A DNA stretch of 64,000 bases from contig CAZUBK010000001.1 in assembly GCA_964618725.1 (NCBI GenBank), forward strand, positions 68,878 to 132,877. The letters run 5' to 3'. Origin of the DNA: an uncultured Pseudomonadales bacterium. GTDB lineage: Bacteria; Patescibacteriota; Microgenomatia; UBA1400; Chazhemtobacteraceae. The translations under genes and the position numbers were made by a program. Under the pieces are notes generated by a model that ran no database searches, was not told where the DNA came from, and was given only the letters and a program-made list of their open reading frames with translations. Of this stretch, positions 27,811 to 35,606 are shown in pieces (position 1 is the stretch's first letter; the number at the start of each line of letters is the position of its first letter).

Positions 27811-28680
27811 TTAGAGAAGCTGGCTCTCTTTGCTGTTGACATCTTTGTTGACGACGTAGAGATCGTTGTTGTATCCACTAACTCCAACATATTCTCCCCG
27901 ACCTTCGAGGACAGCTTCCAGTGGGCGGCAATGGTGACATCCTTGAGTGGGACACCTAAAACGCTCTAGTTGTCGGGCGAGTTTGATTTCTTTAGCGATC
28001 TTGAGTATCTTCTGCTGCGCTTCTTCTAGATTGGGAAGAGTTTTTTGTGTAAGCGAGTCGCTTAGACCAAGGTACCAGTAACTGGCTTCGGTAGCGGGAC
28101 GGTTTTGGGTATTATTAACGAGGAGATGGTAGATGGGAAGCTGTAAAGAGCTCGGATCCTCTTCTGTTTTACTGGTCTTGAAGTCGATAATGTGAACTGA
28201 ATCAGTATCGGGAAGGTATTCGAGCCAGTCGATCTTGCCACAGAGGATAATATTGTCATCATCAGAGAGCCAATAGTAGGGTAGATCCATATTGATCTTA
28301 ACGGCGAGACGAGTTAGGGGGCCGGGGTTTTTCTCAATGTTACGAAGCATTTGAATACCTCTTTCTTTGTATTTGTGTTCGGTGTTATTGTCAAAGAAAC
28401 CACCTTTTTTCCCGGTATATTTTTGCCAGACGTATTCAAACTTATCGACCAGAGGAGCTAGAAAGCGTTGATGTGTAGGGAGCACGGAGAGAGATTCGAC
28501 AACTTCATGGACGGCGGCGCCGAGGGAAAGAGGGGGAGTTATTACTTGGATCTTATGTTTGGTCTTGGGGTCCTTGTAGACGTTTTTGAGATAGTAGGCA
28601 CGAGGACAGGCAAGGAAATCGCTCAAGGAAGAGTGGGAGACCCAAACGGCGGAGAATTTATCTTTAGGCATAGGGCTCAT
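27811..28680 (-). CDS. Cas4/RecB-like PD-(D/E)xK nuclease with Fe-S cluster cysteines
   Basis: SHSSLSDFLACPRAYYLK (N-terminal Cys), IIDFKTSK (D-x-K), C-terminal CPTQGCHHCRP (three Cys). Architecture resembles PDDEXK_1/Cas4-family nucleases. Confidence 0.55.
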   Translation of the reverse strand: MSPMPKDKFSAVWVSHSSLSDFLACPRAYYLKNVYKDPKTKHKIQVITPPLSLGAAVHEVVESLSVLPTHQRFLAPLVDKFEYVWQKYTGKKGGFFDNNTEHKYKERGIQMLRNIEKNPGPLTRLAVKINMDLPYYWLSDDDNIILCGKIDWLEYLPDTDSVHIIDFKTSKTEEDPSSLQLPIYHLLVNNTQNRPATEASYWYLGLSDSLTQKTLPNLEEAQQKILKIAKEIKLARQLERFRCPTQGCHHCRPLEAVLEGRGEYVGVSGYNNDLYVVNKDVNSKESQLL

Positions 28681-28733
28681 TTTAACACTTAGAGGGTTTG
28701 ACAGAAAAACATCTCAACAGGTAAGCTTGGCGC

Positions 28734-29030
28734 ATGGCAGCAAAGTTTAAGGAAGCCGTTAAAGAAATGATGGCAATGCATCAGGCTGAGTTTGAAGAAT
28801 TCAAGAGAATTCACGAGTTGTTTACGGGAGACAAGAAGAAATGGTCAGCGGAATACAATAGGACTGGGAAACCGATCGTTGATTATGTTCTGGCAGCAGA
28901 AAAGCGACTTTGTTCTAAATCAGAGAGTAGCGGATACGGGGCTTATTCAACCAAGCTGTCAGAGAAATTTCGCGAAGAGGTAAAAACACATTTTCCCTTG
29001 ATAGATTTTGTTGGGGTAACTTTTTCCTAG
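28734..29030 (+). CDS. Hypothetical protein (98 aa)
   Basis: ORF between the nuclease and hydrolase genes; no motif recognised. Confidence 0.3.
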   Translation: MAAKFKEAVKEMMAMHQAEFEEFKRIHELFTGDKKKWSAEYNRTGKPIVDYVLAAEKRLCSKSESSGYGAYSTKLSEKFREEVKTHFPLIDFVGVTFS

Positions 29031-29731
29031 ATGGTTAATAGGTGAGAGTTCTGCTTAAGCCACTTTACATGATCCTTGTAATCAGGATCAAGTGATTTAA
29101 CAAGATTCCAGAAGGTTTTACGGTGGTGACGATGAATGAGATGACAGACCTCGTGGATGACGACATAGTCGACGATTTTGTGAGGGGCCTGGATTAGTTT
29201 GCGATTAAAGTTAAGATTATTTCTTCTCGAGCAACTACCCCAGATAGAGGAGACGCGTTTGAGAGTGATTCGTTGGTAACTTACATTTAGGAGTTGGCAA
29301 AAATGGTTAACTTTTTGAGTAATCACTTTTTTGCCTTGTTTGAGATACCACTTGGTGAAGAGATGTCTGAGTTCGAGACTCGTTTTGCCTAAAGAGAAGC
29401 TACTGGGAACGAGGGCCTCGAAAGAGTTGTACAAAAGAGAAAGTTTAGCCTTTTTATTAGTCAGCGAACGGGTAATCTTAAGCGGGAAGGACTCGCCAAA
29501 GTAGAGGTGGATTTCTCCATCGCAATATTTTTTCTTCGGGGAAGTCACTTGTTCTAGTTTGGCGAGTTGAGTAAGTACCCAGTCTTTTTTTTGATACAGA
29601 AAGGCCTCGATTTGAGAGAGCGGAACAAAATGCGGGGCACGAACAAGCACACCATGTTCAGATGAAATCTGAATGCTGGTGGTAAAGTTCCTATTCTTAC
29701 TTTTTTTGATGGTGTATTTAAACGGTAACAT
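29027..29731 (-). CDS. DUF45/YgjP-like HExxH metal-dependent hydrolase
   Basis: C-terminal VVIHEVCHLIHRHHRKTFW (HExxH plus extra His). Start placed at the Met overlapping the helicase stop by ~14 nt; the track ORF extends to 29809. Confidence 0.55.
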   Translation of the reverse strand: MLPFKYTIKKSKNRNFTTSIQISSEHGVLVRAPHFVPLSQIEAFLYQKKDWVLTQLAKLEQVTSPKKKYCDGEIHLYFGESFPLKITRSLTNKKAKLSLLYNSFEALVPSSFSLGKTSLELRHLFTKWYLKQGKKVITQKVNHFCQLLNVSYQRITLKRVSSIWGSCSRRNNLNFNRKLIQAPHKIVDYVVIHEVCHLIHRHHRKTFWNLVKSLDPDYKDHVKWLKQNSHLLTI

Positions 29732-31016
29732 TGTATTGACGAATTTGATCCATGAACTGAAGAATAACGGGGTCGAGCATGATATCACGGGGATTGACCG
29801 GACGAGCAAGAGACAAGCCAGATAGGGAACGGCAGCGACTCAGAGCAACATAAGCCTGGCCGTGTGCAAAGGCACCTCGACCCAGATCAACGTGGGCACA
29901 ATCAAAGGACTTGCCCTGGGCTTTGTGGATAGTGACGGCCCAGGCGAGACGAAGGGGAAGCTGGGTAAAGCTGCCTATTTCTTCTTGTTTGAGAGAGTTG
30001 GTCTGGTGGTCAAAGATTGTTTGCAACTGATTCCAGGTAAAAGGCTTGACTTCAACCTGTGCACCATCATCGATCTTGACCTTGACGGTGGAGGCAGAGG
30101 TTTTGGTGACAGTCCCGAGCGTCCCGTTGATCCAAAGGCCACCTGGCTCGTTGTTAAGAAGCATCACCCGGGCGCCTTGTTTGAGGATGAGTTTCTCTGC
30201 GGTGGGAAATTGAGTAGTAGAGAAATGGCCACTACTAAAGCCTCGGTACTCAAAAGATTTGGTAGTGAGTTTATTTAGCTCAATATTATTTATCTGATCG
30301 GCTTGCCAGTTGGTGGCGGTGAGGACAAGACCGCTGTCTCTTTGGCGGACGCGTTGGTTGAGAAAAGTAAGATCACCAGGAGTGGCAGTTTTGTTTCTGA
30401 TTTTGTTGAGAAGAGAAATGAATTCCGGCTCATTTTGGCGATAGATTTGGTCGAGTTCGATGAAGGCAAAGTCGGGAAGTAGATTGTGGAGTAGGTTCTC
30501 GAAGGAGACGGCAGAGAAAAAGTAGGGAGATTGATATGCCATGGTGAGGATTTCTTTTTCTTCCTCAGTGACGATGGGGGGGAGCTGAAAGAGGTCGCCG
30601 ATCATGACGAGTTGGACACCGCCAAATGGAGCTTGACTTTGGCGGACAGCGCGAAGGAAGGCGTCGATGGTATCGAGAAGATCGGCCCGGACCATAGAGA
30701 TTTCGTCGATAATGAGGGTGGTAAGAGCTTTAAAGACTTCTTTCTTACGCGACTTGCCGGCGAGGCGCTTGGCATCGGTAGGCGAGACACCGGGGCGAAA
30801 ACCAAAGAAAGAATGAATGGTCTCGCCGTTGACATTGACGGCGGCAACACCAGTGGGGGCAACCACAGCGAGGGGCTTACTGGTAATACTTCGAAAGTAA
30901 CTGAGAAGGGTTGATTTGCCGGTACCGGCCTCGCCGGTGATGAAGATGTGTTTGTTGGTTTTCTCAAGGAGGTCGAGAGCTTTTTGAAAGTTTGGGTTAA
31001 TGTCGATTTGTTGCAC
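29718..31016 (-). CDS. Pif1/RecD-like SF1 DNA helicase
   Basis: Walker A GEAGTGKSTLL, Walker B LIIDEISMV, and C-terminal VTIHKAQGKSFD motif characteristic of Pif1/RecD/Dda helicases. Confidence 0.7.
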   Translation of the reverse strand: MQQIDINPNFQKALDLLEKTNKHIFITGEAGTGKSTLLSYFRSITSKPLAVVAPTGVAAVNVNGETIHSFFGFRPGVSPTDAKRLAGKSRKKEVFKALTTLIIDEISMVRADLLDTIDAFLRAVRQSQAPFGGVQLVMIGDLFQLPPIVTEEEKEILTMAYQSPYFFSAVSFENLLHNLLPDFAFIELDQIYRQNEPEFISLLNKIRNKTATPGDLTFLNQRVRQRDSGLVLTATNWQADQINNIELNKLTTKSFEYRGFSSGHFSTTQFPTAEKLILKQGARVMLLNNEPGGLWINGTLGTVTKTSASTVKVKIDDGAQVEVKPFTWNQLQTIFDHQTNSLKQEEIGSFTQLPLRLAWAVTIHKAQGKSFDCAHVDLGRGAFAHGQAYVALSRCRSLSGLSLARPVNPRDIMLDPVILQFMDQIRQYNVTV

Positions 31017-31052
31017 TCTTGAAGAATATCTTGTGGTCGTTACAATGGCAAC

Positions 31053-31838
31053 ATGAGTTTCTCAAAGGAAATACTTAATGACTTGGGTTGGTTTGATGGC
31101 ATGAGAAAAGAAACTGAACTGAGGGAACCAGTTACGGGCATTTTTGAGATAGAGGCAAATACTATCGAACTACGAGAGAGACTGAGAAAAGGACAGCGAG
31201 TGATACTGCTTGTCAGTGGTGTTTCTGGAGGTGGGAAAGATAGTTTGGTCAAGGCGTTGGTTGGAGAAGATCAAGACAGTAGCAAGTTTATCCGGGTCAA
31301 GACGTGCACCACCAGGGAACCAAGAGAAGAAGAGAAAATAGAGGATCCTTATGTTCGCCTAAGTGTCGAGGACTTTTTGCAGAAGCAAGAGAGGGGTGAG
31401 TTTTTTGAATGGGATGGTCCTTACGCCGAGGCATGGTACGGAGCCAGTCGAGAAGTAGTGAGATCTTTTCTTGAGACAGGAAAGACTTGTCTTTTTGTCA
31501 TTACACCAGATGGGGCGAGAAACTATCTAAGAATTCAAAACGAAGGAGAGGAGATTTTTGAAGATGCCGCTCTTATTTACTTGTTTCTGTTACCAGAAAA
31601 CTGGCGACAGTTGGGGCGAAGACTGTTGGAGAGAGAAGTATACTCTAAGGATTGGACGGGTCAGGATCCACATGAGAAGAAAAAGGCTCGTCAGACTGTC
31701 CGGAAACGCTGGGCGCAAAACGCCAAAGACTTGGAGAATATGGACAAGGCCCATTTTGTCGTAGTCAATGAGAGTGGCAACATTGAGAGAGTGGCGGAGA
31801 GCATAAAGGGGTTGATAGGAGAGTTGGAGACACTCTAG
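31053..31838 (+). CDS. Guanylate kinase-family protein with atypical P-loop and N-terminal extension
   Basis: LVSGVSGGGKDSL (P-loop ending KD rather than K[ST]), VKTCTTREPREEEKIEDPYVRLSVEDF (TTR.PR..E..G.DY.F pattern), and VVVNESGNIERVAESIKGLI, which matches the Gmk C-terminus. Confidence 0.5.
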   Translation: MSFSKEILNDLGWFDGMRKETELREPVTGIFEIEANTIELRERLRKGQRVILLVSGVSGGGKDSLVKALVGEDQDSSKFIRVKTCTTREPREEEKIEDPYVRLSVEDFLQKQERGEFFEWDGPYAEAWYGASREVVRSFLETGKTCLFVITPDGARNYLRIQNEGEEIFEDAALIYLFLLPENWRQLGRRLLEREVYSKDWTGQDPHEKKKARQTVRKRWAQNAKDLENMDKAHFVVVNESGNIERVAESIKGLIGELETL

Positions 31839-31842
31839 CAAA

Positions 31843-31868
31843 AGTCCCCAGCTTTTGCTGGGGACAAT
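31843..31868. terminator. Bidirectional terminator hairpin
   Basis: aaagtccccagcttttgctggggac between convergent genes. Confidence 0.55.
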
Positions 31869-31872
31869 GGGG

Positions 31873-32391
31873 TTATTCTTCTTGAGGAGGATGAGCTGCT
31901 AGATATTCCAAAAGCTCCTCTTGAGCCTTGGCATATTCATCAGGATTGGTATGTATCTCAAGGAACTGACTGATCCATGCATGTTTGAGATCGCATTCGG
32001 GCAATCTGGAAATTTCTTCACGTAATTTCTCATCCGGATAGTTCTCGGATCGCATTGCTCTAATTAGTTCGTTTCGAACAAAATCGGCCATTTTCTCGTA
32101 ATGAGGAGAGTCGTTTCTATGTTTTTCCCAGTGCATGAGTATCTTTGTTTCAATATAAATCGTCATTTCCTCGAGTGATTCAAAAAGTCGTTTGGTGTGC
32201 GGTTCGTAACCGATCCCATCAGCAATGCCGCCGTAGTAGATCTCAGCTGTTTCTTTCGAAATTTCATTGAAAGCATATGGATCGTGATCGTGAATTTGCC
32301 ATGTAGCATAGCGAAAGAACCTGGGTGGAGTAGATAGCTTAGTAGCGATAACCAGACAGAAATCTGAGCCACATCGATATATCTGATACAT
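31873..32391 (-). CDS. Hypothetical protein (172 aa)
   Basis: ORF. An HDHD...H pattern hints at a metal-dependent hydrolase but is not diagnostic. Confidence 0.35.
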   Translation of the reverse strand: MYQIYRCGSDFCLVIATKLSTPPRFFRYATWQIHDHDPYAFNEISKETAEIYYGGIADGIGYEPHTKRLFESLEEMTIYIETKILMHWEKHRNDSPHYEKMADFVRNELIRAMRSENYPDEKLREEISRLPECDLKHAWISQFLEIHTNPDEYAKAQEELLEYLAAHPPQEE

Positions 32392-32554
32392 TGAATCTCC
32401 TTTTTTAAGTTGCGATTATAAGATTATACCACGAGGCTGAGAGGGCTTTCCATAACCCAGCTTTTTTTCTTATCAGAATCGGGCAAGAAATTTTCTCCAG
32501 TGACTAATGACTGCCTCGTTGACATTAAGTATATATTCGTGATATACATAATTT

Positions 32555-32851
32555 ATGAAGAAGTTGCCTGCTCCTCTAGCCTTTGACTGGGATAATGGAA
32601 ATATTGACAAGAACTTGAGAAAACACGGCGTTCACCATAAGGAGGCTGAGGAAGTCTTTTTTAATAAACCAATCAAAGTATTTAAGGATATTAAACATTC
32701 TGGTGGTGAAAATAGATTTATAGCATTGGGGGTAACTAATAAAATAAAGTATTTATGTGCTGCTTTTACGATCAGAAAGAAGAAAGTAAAAATAATATCA
32801 ATTAGATCTCAAAGCAAAAGAGAAAGGAGAATATATGAACAAACTAACTAA
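32555..32851 (+). CDS. brnT: BrnT-family toxin (type II TA ribonuclease toxin)
   Basis: LAFDWDNGNIDKNLRKHGVHHKEAEEVFFNKP...HSGGENRFIALGVT...KIISIRSQSKRERRIYE follows the BrnT pattern (F.WD..K...N..KHGV.F.EA..VF). Confidence 0.7.
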   Translation: MKKLPAPLAFDWDNGNIDKNLRKHGVHHKEAEEVFFNKPIKVFKDIKHSGGENRFIALGVTNKIKYLCAAFTIRKKKVKIISIRSQSKRERRIYEQTN

Positions 32852-33125
32852 GCCAATACCAAAGTTTAAAAACGAAGACCAAGAGAGAGAGTTCTGGGCA
32901 AAGAATGATTTTGCTGATTATATGAATCAATTTGAAAAAGTTGACTTGGATTTATCTAAACTCAAACCTTCAACTGAGTCTATTTCTCTAAGACTACCCT
33001 CATATCTATTATTCAGAATCAAGGAGATAGCCAATTCCAGAGATGTACCGTATCAATCCTTGATGAAAATGTTTTTAGCAGAAAGAGTAGAAAACGAACT
33101 GAGTAGATTGAATAGGCAATCTTGA
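32835..33125 (+). CDS. brnA: BrnA-family antitoxin
   Basis: Overlaps brnT by 17 nt. FKNEDQEREFWAKNDFADY...ISLRLPSYLLFRIKEIANSRDVPYQSLMKMFLAERV matches the BrnA RHH-like pattern. Confidence 0.7.
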   Translation: MNKLTKPIPKFKNEDQEREFWAKNDFADYMNQFEKVDLDLSKLKPSTESISLRLPSYLLFRIKEIANSRDVPYQSLMKMFLAERVENELSRLNRQS

Positions 33126-33192
33126 AATGTCATTGTTCCATGCCATGCCGGGGGCATGGGCGAAAAGTCTTTGTAGAAACATATGCTCCACT

Positions 33193-33321
33193 AGGGAGCG
33201 GGTGACCGTAATTGGCTCGAACCACTTTGGCCTGGGCGACTATATCACACCAGATCTTATTTTACAGTTCCAATCTCTTAAAGAACGAATGGGCATTAAG
33301 TCCTTCACTGGTTTTCAGTAA
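33193..33321. repeat. Repeat R copy A: degenerate copy of the tRNA-Gly 3' end plus shared ~80-nt segment (att-like)
   Basis: gagcgggtgaccgtaattggctcgaacc aligns to the plus-strand tRNA-Gly sequence gagcgggataggggaattgaacc. On the minus strand it forms a T-arm-like GTGGTTCGAGCC plus acceptor-like segment. The remainder aligns to copy B. Confidence 0.55.
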
Positions 33322-34157
33322 CTTCGTCTTCGTTCTTGAATTTCTTTTAATGCGACATCCAGCTGAGATGTAATAAGTGCAACAACGCCTTCTTTAGTAA
33401 AGCGCATATAGCGTCCGTCTTTAGCTGAATAATAGAATCCTAGTTTGAAAGCTTCTGCTAAATTAAACGTATACATAAAGCTATTATAAAAACTTTCAAA
33501 ATTTCCTCTGAATCTTGCCTCTTCAGCTTGTTTAAACAGTTTCCAATATTCGGAAGTAGAGAGTTCTTTTCCCAATTTACTTCCATACCTTCGTAGGTTC
33601 ATAAATTCACTATTGTTATCAACATATCCTTTGTCATACGTTGCCCATTTATCTAAGATATTTGGAGTCTCGTTAGATTTTAAAATTAAATAGTTAAAAT
33701 TTGGTGCGGCAACAAGCATCCCTGTCGGTACAAAATGATCGATTCCTTCGCCCCATCCAGACATAAAAGTAGTCATGTCTGCATCGTGACCCGAAAAACA
33801 GAAATTTTCAGGGTGCGTATGTACATCAAATGTCGGTACAAACTTGTCTCTTTTTTTGGAAACTGCCCACCCACACGCATCTTCACCAACATCAGGATTG
33901 GTCGGGAAAATAATCTTTTTATTTCCAATTTCAACATGAAGAACTGCTCCTCTTTCTCGGTGAGCAACATCTATCTTTGTCAAATCAGATAACCAATTGA
34001 CATAAGATTCTATTCTTATAGCATGGAAAGTATCCCTTAAATACAATGGACTAGGAAGTCTTCCCTCAGCTGAATTGATAATATAGGCTTCAAGCTCGCC
34101 GTTTTTGGGATTCAATATTTCGGGTGGAAAAGGTACGGCTCTATTGATTTCACCCAT
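33315..34157 (-). CDS. JAB/MPN (JAMM)-like metallohydrolase-domain protein
   Basis: 280 aa. HVE...HTHPENFCFSGHDAD gives E...HxH-x6-S-x2-D, one residue shorter than the canonical JAMM spacing. C-terminal helical region. Confidence 0.35.
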   Translation of the reverse strand: MGEINRAVPFPPEILNPKNGELEAYIINSAEGRLPSPLYLRDTFHAIRIESYVNWLSDLTKIDVAHRERGAVLHVEIGNKKIIFPTNPDVGEDACGWAVSKKRDKFVPTFDVHTHPENFCFSGHDADMTTFMSGWGEGIDHFVPTGMLVAAPNFNYLILKSNETPNILDKWATYDKGYVDNNSEFMNLRRYGSKLGKELSTSEYWKLFKQAEEARFRGNFESFYNSFMYTFNLAEAFKLGFYYSAKDGRYMRFTKEGVVALITSQLDVALKEIQERRRSY

Positions 34158-34180
34158 ATTGTAACATCATGTAATTTCCT

Positions 34181-34326
34181 AGTAACTTTCTGTTTATTTC
34201 TGTTACTTTTGGAGCTGGTGACCGTACTTTGCTCGAACCTGCGAGACTTGGTTACTCCAGATTTAATTCTTCAGTTAAACGCTCTTAAGTCCTATATTGG
34301 TATCAAATCCTTCGCTTTTTGTTAGC
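34181..34326. repeat. Motif P copy plus repeat R copy B (degenerate tRNA-Gly 3' end and trailer)
   Basis: agtaactttctgtttatttctgttacttt (P) is directly followed by gagctggtgaccgtactttgctcgaacc...tccttcgctttttgttag (R). This parallels the P2 + tRNA-Gly arrangement at 34759..34860. Confidence 0.55.
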
Positions 34327-34345
34327 TTAGATTGTGGTTAAGTCT

Positions 34346-34741
34346 TTAACTAATAGTACTAAGCTTTTTCCACGATTTTAATAGTTCGATGCAATAGAAA
34401 ATTCCCAACAGAGGAAAAAAGAAAGAGGTAATCATTCCAGAATAATAACTCATTTGAGCTACACCTCGGATAAAATGATGAGATTCAAGAAAAAGACTAA
34501 TTCCATAGTAGGTTAAAGGAACAAACATCCATCTTCCGCCTTTAAATATAAGGAAAGCTCCTATTAAAAATAAGTAAAAGGGAAGATGAAAAGCAAAGTA
34601 GGCAGTTTCTTTGATTGAATGAAAATAGTCCATAAAAACAGGACCAACTTCGTAGTATTTTGTCAGCGTACACTCAGCAAAATGAAACCAAGACAAAATA
34701 ATGGAGAAAAACAAAAGTGCTTGAAGCTTTTTTGAGATCAT
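34346..34741 (-). CDS. Small 4-TM membrane protein
   Basis: 131 aa, four hydrophobic helices, rich in aromatic residues. Confidence 0.4.
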   Translation of the reverse strand: MISKKLQALLFFSIILSWFHFAECTLTKYYEVGPVFMDYFHSIKETAYFAFHLPFYLFLIGAFLIFKGGRWMFVPLTYYGISLFLESHHFIRGVAQMSYYSGMITSFFFPLLGIFYCIELLKSWKKLSTIS

Positions 34742-34789
34742 TTAATTGTAATTTTCGAGTAACTTTCTGTACATTTCTGTCACTTTATG

Positions 34790-34860
34790 AGCGGGATAGG
34801 GGAATTGAACCCCTCACCACACCTTGGGAAGGTGTTGTTATACCGATTAACTAATCCCGC
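34790..34860 (-). tRNA. tRNA-Gly (anticodon CCC)
   Basis: Minus-strand cloverleaf: acceptor gcgggat/atcccgc, anticodon stem acacc/ggtgt with loop ttcccaa, T-arm agggg ttcaatt cccct. Confidence 0.8.
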
Positions 34861-34907
34861 ATGGGTGCAATTTTAACATGGGTAGGCCTTGCCTTGACTG
34901 TTAGAAT

Positions 34908-35606
34908 GTGTTTATGGCATATACGTCACGATTGAAAAGGCACGAGGGGAGACAGGCATTTATGTATATTGTGTTGTCAGTTCTATTTATCCTCTTCATG
35001 GTCAAGTGGGGAGTGCCCGGTTTGATCCAGGTATTGTCTAAAGACCAGGTGGCGTCGAACAACAAGAGCGGGGTAGATATTCCAATCCAGCCACCAGTGT
35101 TGTCAAATTTGCCAGAGGCAACTTTTAGCGGGACAATAAAGGTGTTGGGGTTGGCTTTGGTTGGTCAGAAGGCGCGACTGTATCTTAATGGCGGCGTATT
35201 TGATGAGAAGGCGGTTGATACAGAAGGTAGATTTGAGTTTGAGAACGTGACGTTATCTGCCGATGAGAATACGATCGGGGTACAGGCAATCGAGGGCGAA
35301 AAAGAAAGTGAGATTGCCGAGGCGAAAATCATTTACGACGCCAAGAAGCCAGAGATAGAGGTGACAGAGCCGAAAGAAGAGAGTCAGTTTTTTGGCAGAG
35401 ATCAACAAAGTGTAGTGATTGTCGGCAAGACTAGCGAAGAAGATGTTGAGGTAACGATAAACGGTAACTTTGTTTCAGTTGGAAATGATGGTAGCTTCAA
35501 ATACCGAACGAAATTGAATGAAGGATTAAATGAGTTTGTGATTGTGGCGATAGATAAGGCGGGTAATATGACGGAAAAGCTATTTCGACTCAGTTTTGCG
35601 CTTTGA
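34908..35606 (+). CDS. Membrane-anchored secreted hypothetical protein (beta-rich, possible Ig-like domains)
   Basis: 232 aa. TM MYIVLSVLFILFMV, followed by acidic, beta-strand-patterned sequence. Confidence 0.4.
   Translation: MFMAYTSRLKRHEGRQAFMYIVLSVLFILFMVKWGVPGLIQVLSKDQVASNNKSGVDIPIQPPVLSNLPEATFSGTIKVLGLALVGQKARLYLNGGVFDEKAVDTEGRFEFENVTLSADENTIGVQAIEGEKESEIAEAKIIYDAKKPEIEVTEPKEESQFFGRDQQSVVIVGKTSEEDVEVTINGNFVSVGNDGSFKYRTKLNEGLNEFVIVAIDKAGNMTEKLFRLSFAL

Noticed and set aside
33127-33321. 64-aa plus-strand ORF downstream of brnA
   Set aside because: It coincides with repeat R copy A (the tRNA-3'-like att-type sequence) and has no RBS, so it is judged non-coding.
34885-34905. TTGACT...TAGAAT promoter-like hexamers upstream of gene 34908
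   Set aside because: The spacer between the hexamers is only 2 nt, so they cannot act together as a -35/-10 pair.
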